Positions 57,001 to 64,000 of a stretch of 64,000 nt of DNA are shown in pieces. Below the pieces are notes generated by a model, which saw only the letters and a program-made list of their open reading frames with translations, was not told the origin of the DNA and did not search any database. Origin of the DNA: a virus. The stretch lies in the IMG/VR virus record IMGVR_UViG_3300032323_001800, positions 32,001-96,000 of that record. The stretch is one strand, 5' to 3'. Each line of letters starts with the position of its first letter. The stretch's first letter is position 1. The position numbers were made by a program, and so were the translations under genes.

Positions 57001-57760
57001 GAGTGGTCGAACTTTGATAATATAATAATTCAGGAGCATCGTTAGGTACTTCAAATATAACTTTTCCTACTTGAGTTCCGCTGTTAGTCACTCCCTTGGT
57101 ATAATTTGATTGCTCACCTAATACATTTGAGGTTCTGATAAAAAACGGGTCGCCTGGCGAATTTACGTCAAATTCGTAAGTTTGGCCGCGGTATAAAGTA
57201 ATTGACGGATTTTTCTTAAGTCCGTCTGGATAAAAAATCCACTCTGATGTTCCGCTGGTTCTCACACGGTACGATGATATTGTTTCTCTTGCTTGTCCTT
57301 GAACAGCAACCGAATCAACTCCAACTGGTTGCCAATAATATTCTCTGTAATTAACAAATTTGTCCCAGTCAATAGGAGGAGCCCAAGCATATGAATCATT
57401 GCCTGTAATTTGATCATCTCTTTCTAGACTGTTGCCAAAGAATTTTAATTGATTTTTAAAATCAATATAATCGTTGAATTCAGAGATTCTATTGTTTTTT
57501 CTAACAACTACAGCAGGTTCTAATTGATAAGCATCACGTAATGTATCGGCTCTATCTATATAGACATCAGTCGAGTTAAAAGTTTTTCCGTACTTTCTTC
57601 CAATGTATCCAGATAACTTTTCTAAAGTACCTGGTTGTACAAGAGCGTCTAACGTAGCACCTAAGAATTTTTCATTGGCGTTAGTCTGAAAAATATCAGG
57701 TAACAGTTCAATAGTTCTTCTAATAGGCAATCCGCTAGATTTAAAAACTTTATTTTCCAT
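42062..57760 (-). CDS. Giant (5232 aa) virion structural protein, baseplate wedge (gp7-like position)
   Basis: Uninterrupted ORF after the gp6-like gene. Contains an FG-GAP propeller, CBM5/12-like modules, GSGY..GGG.GA repeats and a coiled-coil insert. Confidence 0.8.
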   Translation of the reverse strand: MENKVFKSSGLPIRRTIELLPDIFQTNANEKFLGATLDALVQPGTLEKLSGYIGRKYGKTFNSTDVYIDRADTLRDAYQLEPAVVVRKNNRISEFNDYIDFKNQLKFFGNSLERDDQITGNDSYAWAPPIDWDKFVNYREYYWQPVGVDSVAVQGQARETISSYRVRTSGTSEWIFYPDGLKKNPSITLYRGQTYEFDVNSPGDPFFIRTSNVLGEQSNYTKGVTNSGTQVGKVIFEVPNDAPELLYYQSSTTRDRVGTFRIAEIKENTFLDIEKDVIGKQKYISSNGVKFTNGLRVKFEGQTSPSIYKQGSWVIEGVGDAIRLINWETIELPPISNPNPEVLFDDGGFDDQPFDESLSYPRSKDYITINRSSLDKNPWSRYNRWFHRSVLEYTGELNNTDAKIDENLRAKRPIIEFNADLQLFNHGVVAKTSVDLIDDFTTDIFSVIEGSSGYNIDGEPLTDGYRILFTADTDPLVKNKIFEVKFITVQASTNIVNRRQISLIETTDTVSNPGEGLVVKRGVENRNKMFHFNGESWIRSQEKTKVNQPPLFDVFDIDGVSVGDLTKYNTSSFTGSEIISYVIGTGNNDTELEFPLSYLNINNSGDIQFEFDWDRDNFSYQENFQIITELVNKGYYRNNRSLTEYTYENGWTLIDSKYLQAIIQTITVLEDTNVVISTACDWNSSTRDKTICYVNGNLVTPISTVIENNKKKITVSNKLISGDTVTFKVYSDAEPVDGYYEIPFGLERNPLNQDLQSFTLGQLNDHLGSMVELVDGFEGTYPGSGNLRDLIDYEQYGRRFLKHSGIPTLSINLLCNKETNIINSIRFASAEYEKFKNNFLTLAIELPYDNGDPVKFVDDILTTISQAKTIKSPFVDSDMVGSGAFTTIDYTVEDTGINVFSLGDKFDLSVISSKATYVYINNQQGINGKDYEFDATFGFVKILKPLNENDNIQIKEYFSTAFNFVPPTPTKMGMYKKYEPEIYVDTTYLEPKKVIRGHDGSITIAFNDFRDDLLLELEKRIYNNIKIEYDEETFDIDKTLSSFYKTGIFTQSNFNTVINQEFLRWASTTDIDLFGNNFYQVSNPFTYTYSQVVDKTTREELPSFWRGMFLSLYDTDRPHISPWEMLGFTQKPLWWEDEYGPAPYTSGNLILWEDLKDGIIRQGPRAGQHDRYKRSNLLDIIPTDEDGELKNPLLLNVLDNYSTFNNQLDFKFGDVAPAEYAWRKSSAYPFSVIFALCLLRPFEFIPASLDKTKVKKNKLGQLVSSNSNYFVKISDLLEILNGDITPSGLFYYIDNYLKVDLKDKTSLIEKLENFDINMSNRIGGFVDKSQQKYILDSKNPQASTSSVFIPPENYDIFFNIGSSVQSLTYSGVILEKSARAWIIRGYDRLNTYFEYYPSLPTNADPKIFVGGVSETYVAWQNNQFYTKGIIVRYNEQFFRSVTAHTSEDQFDATKWVRITQIPLVGAIEATKRTYFDKTDLKRLSYGTALETVQDVVDFLLGYGERLKDLGFVFDEFSSELQSVANWETTSKEFMFWTSHNWAPGAILSVSPAAIKLKLISTGGVADNLLDSFYEYTILKSDGTKLLPANIDVIRRYNEFAIAPVNIRDGIYFARINYVLKEHVVVFSDRTMFNDVMFDKGPGYRQQRIKVLGFRTTDWDGDYTSPGFLFDDVNIQPWSPFVDYKLGDIATYKEFNYVSKVAQSGEAEFNPSNWEKLDSRPETGLVANFDYRISQFEDFYDLDSEGLGSSQRELARHSIGYQSRDYLRDLAEDDVTQYRLYQGFIREKGTNNSIKKIFDKISSVDSDAIEINEEWAFRLGQIGGTDQFNEIEFKIGKDQFKLNPQPIILNDRSIDQNEYKNYIVLSDQNYQIGDSKNQIIQTKNISVPNSGAGYVNVDDVDFVIKNFDELIGNDVTQFNDGSVIWITYETGGWDILRYKITNVTVIAVAAIDQRNAVITTNRPHRLTTGTIIGLTNIKGLTGFYKIKASNTTTIVIEVLGFEEPPEIDQSSFCNVGVFLPARISSTDELIKEDFSILPLGSKVWLDKNATGNWEVLQRTKQYSKTGISEYGVSFPASMGSAVAYVPSRDQTIVSNPGARVASNDTSRDSAVIVYTQSLDGLVPSQVLSPIFEIAPELLGSYGTVLSVSPDGRWLLVASPTASGIPSGFKGQYSTSAEYNTNDTVIYTGKLWKANKPILGDGSTINLSSDDWSPVDLHEAQPAAKNLIGTNPGYPKQGCVDIFEFTQGQWTYRKTIISPRPEANELFGSSVSIGKQEGIEGTSGDVTLIVKAIDPNGGITIVDAVGTSGLKDATYQNIGGTDISDSGNGASFNITKSGGTYVVTVRNGGTRYALGDQINVLGTQVGGSSPENDLLITVTAIDTGGSIIGSETYSNLTGINSTIPTNEAVFNVTRTRNTYAVAIINRGVGYTGRSIVSYSAPGLGLRYYGCIKDTQTDRGVWDSNATYYTGDVVKYPFRSSSYYRVKNGLDGSIQEVQFVLPTDTDYWEVSEPILPTNLEYWEEVSAGTFLSLATPWKAYVTSTSDGNLGDLTKYRSGSTILVPGTTLGGDTPANDLLIRVSPNLPITTVGTFETNSTVVVGSTATLRVDMPIVFTGSAVGGISSGSQYFVKEIINSTSFTIYSDPLTKQIVTLTSASSPSANPMKFIDNSIRNFTISGVAKSGVSFVGTSVGLGSYSDIIGTDISQSGSGAIFELVRSNGRYAATVNVRGTRYNVGDQIRILGSNIGGASEAYYMAISAPGALDSKGRIYLYSFDGINWTQSDDNNFVGIFNPANDYATGSIVWYNNNYWRSTVPYFKNSGTTITTDTVGWELVNSLNAGILPIQPAYPNDGSSIEVGLVGDQTPELLNVGDRYGYSTTMSSDASLLVVGAPFADTADLENYKGTWKSYQEYNRNDVVKIVESAQPTYYKLLAIESLNQLPVSGTVWEKVSNASEYNTGAVFVYLKNQENIYELVQTIDDNDIITDDLESGDELGFKVVLSREGNLLFVSAPDADIKEKDKGAVFVFKNVNNRFEYIQRLESYSFDFFERFGDEISVSPTADTIAITAGSAVASTLINFDRGETNFDYLLTRFRDPVGITGKVYIYNRYGDTFILSESFDEGLITGENFGKSLACFDDRVIIGSPAFTSSEDAFLGSVIGKVQTFRKYKNINAWSPLRSQEPVVDLTLLKSLSLFDSDSNIKLLDVDVIDPLNGKILSVAEQELKFKTSYDPAVYSVGTSADASRAWFDNMVGYLWWDTSTVKWANYNQGDISYKLGGWNSLAYGSSIDVYEWVETEYLPSEWADITVTADAFSVGVSGTPLYPDNSSYSVKENVDILTGRVSSRIYYYWVKDKITLPTNKNFRKIAASSVAQYIQNPLGTGITFAALIDNEKIAVYNPTIAITGNNVSVTIQFYKNSKQINQVHREYQLLTEGVADSLPSPELENKWIDSLIGYDITGKDVPDFKLPTKFKYGLSSRPRQSMFVDRNKATQITLDFINNILKTRPFAEIINTTRLNSFEVAPADVKNLYDRTVETKEELALVSTSKISPAILKANIANGKIDTVDVIEAGYGYRVSPPIIVTGSGSGAILRANIDRLGRVISVTVVNSGAKYLSAALSVRQFAVLVKSDSTVRNYWSIYSWNEKAKEFYRTATQSYNTRNYWTTIDWWAEGFSEKSRITNEIVGLYQESEVNLTIGQLLRIREYGAGNWAVLERTSIENSTILDKYRLVGRSNGTIQINDSFINTESNSTGYDKTTSFDSNGYDQSSAREFRIILESVKNDIFLDDLRVEWNKLFFANIHYAFSEQLYVDWAFKTSFVNAIHNVGNLTQKITYKSDNLPSYQKYIEEVKPYRTKIREYTSRYIRTENTSTSFSDFDVPSVYNPDTNSIEPVKIISTEIDTYPWKYWLDNYKYSVIDIQISNVGSGYKTVPIVVFEGGGGTGASARAFISNGKVSRIVLTNSGTGYISAPTVKLVGGVGTNLSNAATAIAVIGNTKARTFDVSMKFDRVSKSSTFTAKALDEKFKEIQTFTGTGSKTVFELKYPAALDKTKVNVYTKLITDTTTSPGQKLLTGQYSVSIDTTKVNGLTIQVGKLTLNSAPAKTILVTVEYEKNDQSLDSLNRIDKYYNPTDGMIGLEKTVIRDDITQEIIKIDYDYSQLITGIDFGGVVVQGATLDVSGGWDALPWFTEGWDSVDSLNSDFYITADGTTNMFVLPEVPLDGQAINIYLRNSVTGIYERIDDTNYTEFVTVLQGQNLNERRNNLEDQQTTLESQIINQNLIKQQKLNLLNQAQIDRNSANTLLLNKQLEISSIESDITQAENDRGDLQVELSVLNNQKSSIEIQIASTPPTIFVPPSNVIPNPAYQTLVNQLDAIVSAIDDKQTEINDKQDEIDALNVTLDALEAAEAPLILALSNANSALATATTEYNTATQSVVLLEQTLDQVLQNILVLSDAPIDTAVMDTFIGDGSTRSIVIPPAVTIQDGDVLIFRPDTSDGSLSITDANLIDADVSGGLLSSNTTGNLVAPNAINGAYSTATGLTAAEIVIEGDKFISPDQVPAPEENIPGQVLESVSIKVFHSDRQGAPAILSRIYTADGTTILYNIGQTILENSSVIVFVDKVKQEVDVDYTFVSDTQQIRFLTAPINNSLIEIFSISIGGVEILDYREFVGDGSNRYFLTAASYAEAGRVFATVDYSTTPVAFVNSNGVVNNIDKALVEFGIAPPNGSKVSIIVLSGESGTDNSIVRANYQTITVTNTSQRTYAVTDFVELQASATGNVIVELNNKLLRCADTVIQTYDGTNRIVNVGRDPLKTFGGIVQAQVRAYINNIPLIFGIEYEFSAATNSVNVIKQNINHGDVIRVETYEAVQYEIIDNNLVLSNDVILTAGDKIDIIWFDRYSSVDLVKDVRTGGQLNYPLQRAPLGVSYVWVYKNGDRLTPDVDFYIDYPRNTVYLKDSNTEDDEIEIISFATEVYKQPFAFEIFKDILNSHHYNRYTVTDVKLTKELNYYDDEMEVNDATTLSTPQLKLPGIVTINGERIEYLRKVGNVLKDLRRGTLGTSIAITHPVESYVVDVGYREIVPYKESQDRYDFVADGSSEIYTGLPFVPAARKNQQGILVEFTYTNSIPDNFYPCDTIEVFVQGRRLRKDPITVYDSTVGSYSPAGDVTLEAEFSVDNQTNAIRITQTPPAGARITVIKRTGKVWYNQGADEVTTGVTLSQNTTPIAKFLQQRTTKLL

Positions 57761-57762
57761 CT

Positions 57763-60700
57763 TTATCTACTCGTTGTTGTAATGATTTGATTTGCTGACA
57801 AATTTAATTCAGTAGCTGTGATATTTGAAATAATTTCAATATTATCAACGTTTGCTGAACTAATAAAAATTTCATCGGGCCTTGATTGAATTTCTAACAA
57901 ACTTCCAAACACTTGATTAGGCTGTTTAGGTACTAACACCATGTTACTAATGTCAGGTGAATTTTGTGTAATAACGTATGTAATCAATTCGCTGGCAAAA
58001 AACTTATCGCCAAAGTCCCAATTTTCAATTGAAAAGAACTGTGCTATAGAGTTAATTATCCTAACTTTAAGGTCGTTATTATTAATCGACTTGGATGGAT
58101 TCTTGACCACTTTAAACGTAGCTTGAAACTCTGATTGTGCTATGTCACCAAACAATGAAAAATATCTCACCGGATGATAAACGATTTCATCACTGAGTGA
58201 TTTAATATCGTCTAATGTTGATCCAAACTGGATTTTTAATTCTTCGCTTGTTGGCGATGGCGGTTCAATGGTTCGATTTCCAGCAATCCACTGTCTGTAT
58301 TCAGTATCGTAAATTCTTGTTAGAAGATAGATATCAATAATATTACTTGAGCTAGGATCTATTCTTCTATCAACTCCGGCATTATGTATATACTGAAACT
58401 TAAGATTTGATCGGCCAACATATGCTACATATACTGGTTCTAATATAAAGGATCTTGTGATTAGGTCAGTTCTTTTAATAACATTTTCAGCAGAGTCGTA
58501 GAAATAAACTAGCTGGTTGTGCTCAAAGTCATTAACATTTGTATTAACTTCTCTATCACGAATAATGATTAGGCCATTTACATTAGGAACGTAAATTAAT
58601 TGTTTAGAACCAAAATCATCTAATTCTTCTTTAAAGAACAAATATCTATCGTTGTTATCAAATCCAACAACTTCGTCAAAACTATCTGGATTGTCAATTA
58701 CTCCGTCGTTGTCGGAATCATAATAGACAACTTTTATCGAATCAGTACTTTGATATCCATCATCATATCTCACAGAATCATAAATTTCAAAAGGCACGTC
58801 TTGTTTTAATACTTGATTTTGATCAACAATAGCCAACACCTCGTTAAACGTAAATGTTGGATTTGCGTTTCTTAATGTAACAATGTCTTGAGCAATCTCA
58901 ATAATGCTGCGATCTCTTCCTTCTGGAACTCTATTAATTCCTAGAATCTTAATTTGATCTTTAATTACCTGTCTAGTTTTACTATCATAAATTTTTTCAT
59001 TTTTGTCAAAATAGAATCTATTTTGTAGTTCGCTGGCAAAAATATAGTCAGATGATCTAACTCTAATAATATATTCGTCACCATCAAAAATAAACGCAGC
59101 TAACCACGAACTATCAATATTTGTATTTCGAGTGTCGCCTGCTTGTCCTAAACTAAAATTACCATTTAAGTCAAGATTTGAGCTTGTTACAATTTTCCAT
59201 TGTCTTGTTGATATGTCATATCGAATACCAAAAATTCTTGACGCAAACATCAACTCCACTACTTCAGTTTCAAACTCCGATGAAAAGTTATTAACAAACT
59301 TAGGGACTACTTGTGTAGGTAGAGCATTCGATGGAATTGGATCGCTTAATATGATTGGTCCAAATCCAGTATTAAGATTACCGCGACCGGCGTTAGTTCC
59401 GTCTCCAGCAACGCTAACAATTTTAGTCCATATATATTTTCTTTGATCTACATCAGCAGGATCGTATTCTACAACTTCATTATTTTTAAATGCTTGAGAT
59501 TCTTGAGGTGGAATAAATTTTACCAATGCGCCGGCTTCGACAAATCTCATGTTACTATTTGTGTAGATGCCTACCTGAACTGGTGTTCTATCAAACACAT
59601 TACCAAAATATCCGGTTGTTGATGTTTCGTCTGTAGTAGTTTGACTCCACGATACATTAACGTCAGATGTAAAAATTTTATCAAAGTTAGTAATGTAAAA
59701 ATTATAAATTTCACCTGAATCAATTATAGGCTCAAATGTATTTCTTATAAAATTTAAAATTGTATTTTTATTTTTTGATTTAAATGTAAAAGTTTTTTCG
59801 TAGTTTTTTCTATAAATTAACCCATCATCAGCAAACACATTTACCTTAGAATATTTTCCAGAGGCATCGATAATATCAAAATTTCTACTAATTCCACTGC
59901 TGGTTCTGTTAATGGATTTTACTTTTAAAATCTCTTGCGAACTGCCTAACGGAGCAAGATTATAATCTTCTCCGGTAATCATTCTGTTCTGTGTATAATA
60001 TATTGCCGGAGCATTGGTTCTTATTGATTCGATATCTTCCGACGGAGCACTGTTAGCTACGGTATAATTTAAACTCAATGAAAGTGTTAGAGTATGCTGT
60101 ATTCCTAACTTATTGACATAAGGTACCGCAATTGCAATTCCCTTAACTTCGCTTGGCTCTATTGAATATCTTAAACCATTCGATACTCTATAATAAACTC
60201 GCATAGCGCCAACTGGTAAATTTCCATATACACCGTCAGCAAAATTTAAATCAACAGCATCATCAGTTTTAGTAATAATTGAATAGATGTTTCGTTGATT
60301 ATTTTTTAAACTGTTGTAAGCAATATTGTTACCAACTACAGCCGAAACTTGTGTCCATAAATCTGTTTCAATATTTTGAGAATCAAGTTTGTACAGCCAT
60401 ATATCGTTGTTGTTAATCCCTGTGGTGTTTATGCTTACTTTTTCGTTAGGTACGGGCTGTGTTACCTGGAAGTCAGCAAGTTCTAAACTTCCTTGTTTAA
60501 ACATCATAAAGAATCCAGTATTAGGACTGGCATTACCTTTGCCGTCTTGTTTATAAACAAACCCTAATTTATTTCCTGGAAACGGTGCTTCTTCATAAAT
60601 TTTATTTTCGTCTTTGAATGTTGTACTAACGATTTCAAAGGCCATAAAGCGGCCGGCCACTGTCTTACTAAACGTATAAACAGGAACGTCTGCTGTAGAT

Positions 60701-61272
60701 GTATTAAATCTGTATTGATCAGTTTGAATACCGTCAATAACTGATGATAATTGGCTTCTGCCGAATTCTACATTATCGACCATCGATGAATTCATAACCA
60801 ACAAAAACTGTTCGAACCAGTTAGGGTTAGTAGGATCATTCCATTGGACTGACTGTCTTGCTAAATTTCTTCCGTTACTATCAATTAATGTGTCCGTGGT
60901 GCTGATAGTATCAAATTTTAATAGGCCACTAGCTCCGATATTTCTTTTAGCGTTATATGCCAATGTTCTGGCAAGTCGTAAAACACTTTCTTTACGTTCT
61001 GCTAGTTCAATAAAGTTTTCTCTAGATGCTAGATCAATGCGGAATGAAAGGCTTTGCCCTAAGAATGCAATTAAGTCAATTAAAGCAACATATTCGGAAC
61101 TTTCAATGTAATCGTTAAAATCTTCGGGATAGTTTTCTCTGAGATAAGAAATCATAACACGACGAAGATTTTCAAAATCGTATGATTTGAAATCTGCGTT
61201 TTTAAATGTTTGATAAACTCTAGTCCAATCTTCTGCTAGAATTAAATTATTTTGCCTTGCTGTTGTGGTCAT
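57763..61272 (-). CDS. Baseplate wedge subunit (T4 gp6-like)
   Basis: DFKSYDFENLR...FNDYIESSEYVALIDLIAF...RENFIELAERKESVLRLARTLAY, plus QNRMITGEDY. Confidence 0.85.
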   Translation of the reverse strand: MTTTARQNNLILAEDWTRVYQTFKNADFKSYDFENLRRVMISYLRENYPEDFNDYIESSEYVALIDLIAFLGQSLSFRIDLASRENFIELAERKESVLRLARTLAYNAKRNIGASGLLKFDTISTTDTLIDSNGRNLARQSVQWNDPTNPNWFEQFLLVMNSSMVDNVEFGRSQLSSVIDGIQTDQYRFNTSTADVPVYTFSKTVAGRFMAFEIVSTTFKDENKIYEEAPFPGNKLGFVYKQDGKGNASPNTGFFMMFKQGSLELADFQVTQPVPNEKVSINTTGINNNDIWLYKLDSQNIETDLWTQVSAVVGNNIAYNSLKNNQRNIYSIITKTDDAVDLNFADGVYGNLPVGAMRVYYRVSNGLRYSIEPSEVKGIAIAVPYVNKLGIQHTLTLSLSLNYTVANSAPSEDIESIRTNAPAIYYTQNRMITGEDYNLAPLGSSQEILKVKSINRTSSGISRNFDIIDASGKYSKVNVFADDGLIYRKNYEKTFTFKSKNKNTILNFIRNTFEPIIDSGEIYNFYITNFDKIFTSDVNVSWSQTTTDETSTTGYFGNVFDRTPVQVGIYTNSNMRFVEAGALVKFIPPQESQAFKNNEVVEYDPADVDQRKYIWTKIVSVAGDGTNAGRGNLNTGFGPIILSDPIPSNALPTQVVPKFVNNFSSEFETEVVELMFASRIFGIRYDISTRQWKIVTSSNLDLNGNFSLGQAGDTRNTNIDSSWLAAFIFDGDEYIIRVRSSDYIFASELQNRFYFDKNEKIYDSKTRQVIKDQIKILGINRVPEGRDRSIIEIAQDIVTLRNANPTFTFNEVLAIVDQNQVLKQDVPFEIYDSVRYDDGYQSTDSIKVVYYDSDNDGVIDNPDSFDEVVGFDNNDRYLFFKEELDDFGSKQLIYVPNVNGLIIIRDREVNTNVNDFEHNQLVYFYDSAENVIKRTDLITRSFILEPVYVAYVGRSNLKFQYIHNAGVDRRIDPSSSNIIDIYLLTRIYDTEYRQWIAGNRTIEPPSPTSEELKIQFGSTLDDIKSLSDEIVYHPVRYFSLFGDIAQSEFQATFKVVKNPSKSINNNDLKVRIINSIAQFFSIENWDFGDKFFASELITYVITQNSPDISNMVLVPKQPNQVFGSLLEIQSRPDEIFISSANVDNIEIISNITATELNLSANQIITTTSR

Positions 61273-61290
61273 ATTTCTTATCCTGTCTAA

Positions 61291-61296
61291 TATTTA
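61291..61296 (-). promoter_or_regulatory. Putative late promoter core TAAATA
   Basis: Intergenic, followed by SD AGGA and ATG 61272. Confidence 0.45.
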
Positions 61297-61319
61297 TTTT
61301 GATTTATTATGTACGCATA

Positions 61320-61757
61320 TTAAATCGTAGGAATATTTCTACTGTCAAAATCTAAAATCATGCTATCAACCACGTTAAATGGAAGATACATCAGTTCAAC
61401 TTGTATTCGTATGCCGTGCTCTGTAGCTTCTATTACTACGTTATTAACCTTTGTTCTAGGATCATTATTAACGATTGCTTCAACATCATCGGCAACAACT
61501 TTTTTATTTGATTCACTCATTGGTTCAAAAATCATATCCCAAATTGCTGTTCCAAACTCTGGATTTTCTACTTTCTGTCCTCGTTTGATGTGGAAATGAT
61601 TAAGCAAATCTTGTTTGATTAAATCAATATCATACTGTTTAAACCCAGCTTTAGCATTTCTAGAATTAAATCCTTTGTATGTGAATGGCTTAGGATTAAT
61701 GTTTCCTATACTAGCTTGATTTGTAGCAACTGTTTTTTGATTATATAATTTTGCCAT
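61320..61757 (-). CDS. Baseplate wedge subunit (gp25/GPW-like)
   Basis: IKQDLLNHFHIKRGQKVENPEFGTAIWDMIFEP...NNDPRTKV. Confidence 0.88.
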   Translation of the reverse strand: MAKLYNQKTVATNQASIGNINPKPFTYKGFNSRNAKAGFKQYDIDLIKQDLLNHFHIKRGQKVENPEFGTAIWDMIFEPMSESNKKVVADDVEAIVNNDPRTKVNNVVIEATEHGIRIQVELMYLPFNVVDSMILDFDSRNIPTI

Positions 61758-61758
61758 A

Positions 61759-63384
61759 TTATTCTCCTGTTACATCTCGGTCTGTTTTTTCTGGTGTAAC
61801 TTTTGTAGGGTCTAGATGTTCATGATCTGCCCACGGTTCGTGCATTGGTATTCTTTTCATTATAGATAATACAGTTTCTTGGCTCTTGTACTGTGTGTCT
61901 TTCCATGTCAATGTATCATCAATAACTGCTAGATTAAATGTTGTTAGTGCTGTCGGCTTAACTGATGCTGTTGCGACTTCTGCTGCTGATGCTGGATCGC
62001 AGTTCATTTCGATCCGTGCTGCTTCTTCGATATGTTTTCCTGCCGATTTGATATTAGTGTTTGTTCCTGCCTGTAATCTTAAATCTACAGATGTTTTTAA
62101 ACTAATTGTTCCAGTTGAAGAAATTTTAATTTTTCCATCGACTGTAGAATTACTATCGCCCATCACTTTAGAAAAAACATTAGTATCTACAGTTTGATGA
62201 TAGTTTCCTTTAATATATTCTTTTACATCCTTAGTAACAATGTTAATTAAATCAGTAGCTACTTCTGTCTGTACTCTACCTTCAAGAGTTTTAATATTAA
62301 TATTTCTTTTAGCTTCCATGTTGATATCTCGATCAGCACGAATGTTTAAATCATTTTTTGTATGAATTGAAATGCTATCTTCAGCAAAAATATCAACCTT
62401 TCCATTACTGGTTAATTCAATCCAAGTGGTTCCTTTAGCGTTACCAATGTAGATTAAATCTTCTGAGTTGTGTAATAAGATTTGATGGCCGGTGCGAGTT
62501 CTAATACGAAAGTATTCACTAGCTACTACTGTTGGGTCGCCTTTTTCATTGTTATCTAGATCAGCATATAACATCGGTCCTTCACTAGCTGGAGTTTTTC
62601 GTTGGAATCTTGAGTCACCGTCATCCATAACAAATGTGGTTCCGCCTAATCGACTTACCGGAACTTGGGTTTCGGACTTAGATTCTTTCTTACCGATATA
62701 GGCTTTTTTACCTAAGGGATCAATCGGACCGGGCGTACTGATTCCAAATACACTTCCGGGTAAATTTCTTCGCGGAGTAGAGGTTGATGGGCCCCTGATG
62801 TCATCCATTAACAGTCCCTGTTTTAGGTATGTTTCGGCAACTGGATGCACTGGTTTTTTTGCTGCGCTGATATTTGCACCAACTGCTACGTTAGCCGCTC
62901 GATTAACTTCTGCAACCGGTAATCCAACATTGGGCTCGTATTTTTGTCTATCTGCCTGAGCATAGTCAATGTTTTTACTCGACGCTATCGCAGGAACCAT
63001 GTGGTTCGCAAATCTGTCAGGAATACATGCGATCCAGTATCCTTCAGCCGGGTCACCGTCAATGAATACAACTAATACAGTAACACCGATATCTGGAGGA
63101 ACAAACCACATACCATACGATTTTTGTGTGTCGTTGAACGCTTGATCGTTGCCTTTATTTTCTCCCTGAAAAGAAAAATTTGTAACTCCGTAAAATGGAG
63201 TAGCGCATCTTACACTAAATGTTTGATTATCATTACCGAACTGATTACCGTTATCTTTTAATAAGGTAACTTCTAGTCCTCCCATGAAACTAGGATCTAG
63301 ATGGCCAACTACCTTAGCTTTGTACGGACCTCCGTTACCTAAGATAGTTTTTGAATTATACTGTTTTCTGATTTCTTGTGCCAT
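61759..63384 (-). CDS. Baseplate central spike (gp5/VgrG-like OB-fold + beta-helix, no lysozyme domain)
   Basis: GPYKAKVVGHLDP, WFVPPDIGVTVLVVF, RTRTGHQILLH, beta-helix tract, C-terminal HEH. Confidence 0.82.
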   Translation of the reverse strand: MAQEIRKQYNSKTILGNGGPYKAKVVGHLDPSFMGGLEVTLLKDNGNQFGNDNQTFSVRCATPFYGVTNFSFQGENKGNDQAFNDTQKSYGMWFVPPDIGVTVLVVFIDGDPAEGYWIACIPDRFANHMVPAIASSKNIDYAQADRQKYEPNVGLPVAEVNRAANVAVGANISAAKKPVHPVAETYLKQGLLMDDIRGPSTSTPRRNLPGSVFGISTPGPIDPLGKKAYIGKKESKSETQVPVSRLGGTTFVMDDGDSRFQRKTPASEGPMLYADLDNNEKGDPTVVASEYFRIRTRTGHQILLHNSEDLIYIGNAKGTTWIELTSNGKVDIFAEDSISIHTKNDLNIRADRDINMEAKRNINIKTLEGRVQTEVATDLINIVTKDVKEYIKGNYHQTVDTNVFSKVMGDSNSTVDGKIKISSTGTISLKTSVDLRLQAGTNTNIKSAGKHIEEAARIEMNCDPASAAEVATASVKPTALTTFNLAVIDDTLTWKDTQYKSQETVLSIMKRIPMHEPWADHEHLDPTKVTPEKTDRDVTGE

Positions 63385-63392
63385 GTTTGTCC

Positions 63393-64000
63393 TTAAGCGT
63401 ATGAGTACCCTTCGTTAGCATCCCCAGTCAATGGATTAAAGTTTGAGTTAGCAGGAACTTCTCCAATTTCTTTTGCTGGTTTAGAATCATCGTTATTACC
63501 AGCGACTGCGGTATCAAAGTCTTTAGGTTGTCCTTTCATACGAACAGCTTTAATAGTCTGTTTAAACACAGCATCTTTGGCCATTTCTGTTTCTACTTCT
63601 GTTACCATGTAGATTCCACTAAACGGACTTTCTTTTTCTTTAAAATTATATAGACCCTCATCGCCAGATTCATCGATATCTAAAGGTGTTTGAAAAGAAA
63701 CATAAACATAAACTTGATTAGTTTCATATGTCATTGCACCATCAATATTAACTGACGGATTATCTGTTGAGGGAGGTCCGTAGTAGTTGCCCACACCACT
63801 ATCGACCAAATAGTAAGGATCTCCCATAATGTCAAACTCTACTGATATCAAATCAGCATTACTGGCTAAGACTGCGTTTTGAAAATCTCTTGCTACCGCG
63901 GCCGCAACATCATCATTGTTTGCGCCACCCGGTTTATAAGCCGCCACTGAACCATCTTTGGCAAATCTAGGAGTTGCTGTTTTCGATAGCAACTGTCTGG
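63393..64000 (-). CDS. C-terminal part of a probable baseplate hub protein (5'-truncated)
   Basis: Frame is open to the window edge. VEFDIMGDPYY...FSGIYMVTEVETEM..FKQTIKAVR, directly upstream of the spike gene. Confidence 0.55.
   Translation of the reverse strand, partial: RQLLSKTATPRFAKDGSVAAYKPGGANNDDVAAAVARDFQNAVLASNADLISVEFDIMGDPYYLVDSGVGNYYGPPSTDNPSVNIDGAMTYETNQVYVYVSFQTPLDIDESGDEGLYNFKEKESPFSGIYMVTEVETEMAKDAVFKQTIKAVRMKGQPKDFDTAVAGNNDDSKPAKEIGEVPANSNFNPLTGDANEGYSYA

Noticed and set aside
1-64000. tRNA/rRNA genes, IS elements, DGR or invertase systems near the fibres
   Set aside because: Intergenic gaps are too short for tRNAs. No transposase, reverse transcriptase, recombinase or template-repeat pairs were seen.

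Overview
A 64 kb segment of a large, AT-rich myovirus genome (contractile tail, distantly T4-like). Both terminal ORFs run off the window. The + strand arm (1-23554) begins with a GH19 lytic enzyme and several Lys-rich head-internal-type proteins. It continues with a DsbA-like protein, family-B DNA polymerase and sliding clamp. Next is a 7-deazaguanine DNA-modification region (DpdA-like transglycosylase, DpdL/QueD-like T-fold protein, FolE, QueE; no QueC in the window) interleaved with a GT4 glycosyltransferase, an MBD4-like glycosylase, a cupin, a purine phosphoribosyltransferase and a HIT hydrolase. The arm ends with dCMP deaminase, a T4 RNase H-like nuclease and ThyX. The - strand arm (23548-64000) encodes a baseplate hub fragment, a gp5-like spike, gp25- and gp6-like wedges, a 5232-aa giant structural protein and five paralogous tail fibres with chaperones and an embedded 2OG-Fe(II) oxygenase. 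It ends in a very AT-rich 7-gene operon with four glycosyltransferase-like proteins and a radical SAM enzyme under its own sigma70-type promoter. The leading candidates for a new system are (i) a QueC-less deazaguanine pathway with a dedicated glycosyltransferase, whose DpdA carries the same C-terminal FNxLF motif as the polymerase (possible clamp tethering), and (ii) the oxygenase/GT/radical SAM module beside the fibre genes (possible virion glycosylation). All calls come from motif reading and recalled family knowledge; no searches were run. No tRNA, rRNA, CRISPR array, intein or IS was recognised.
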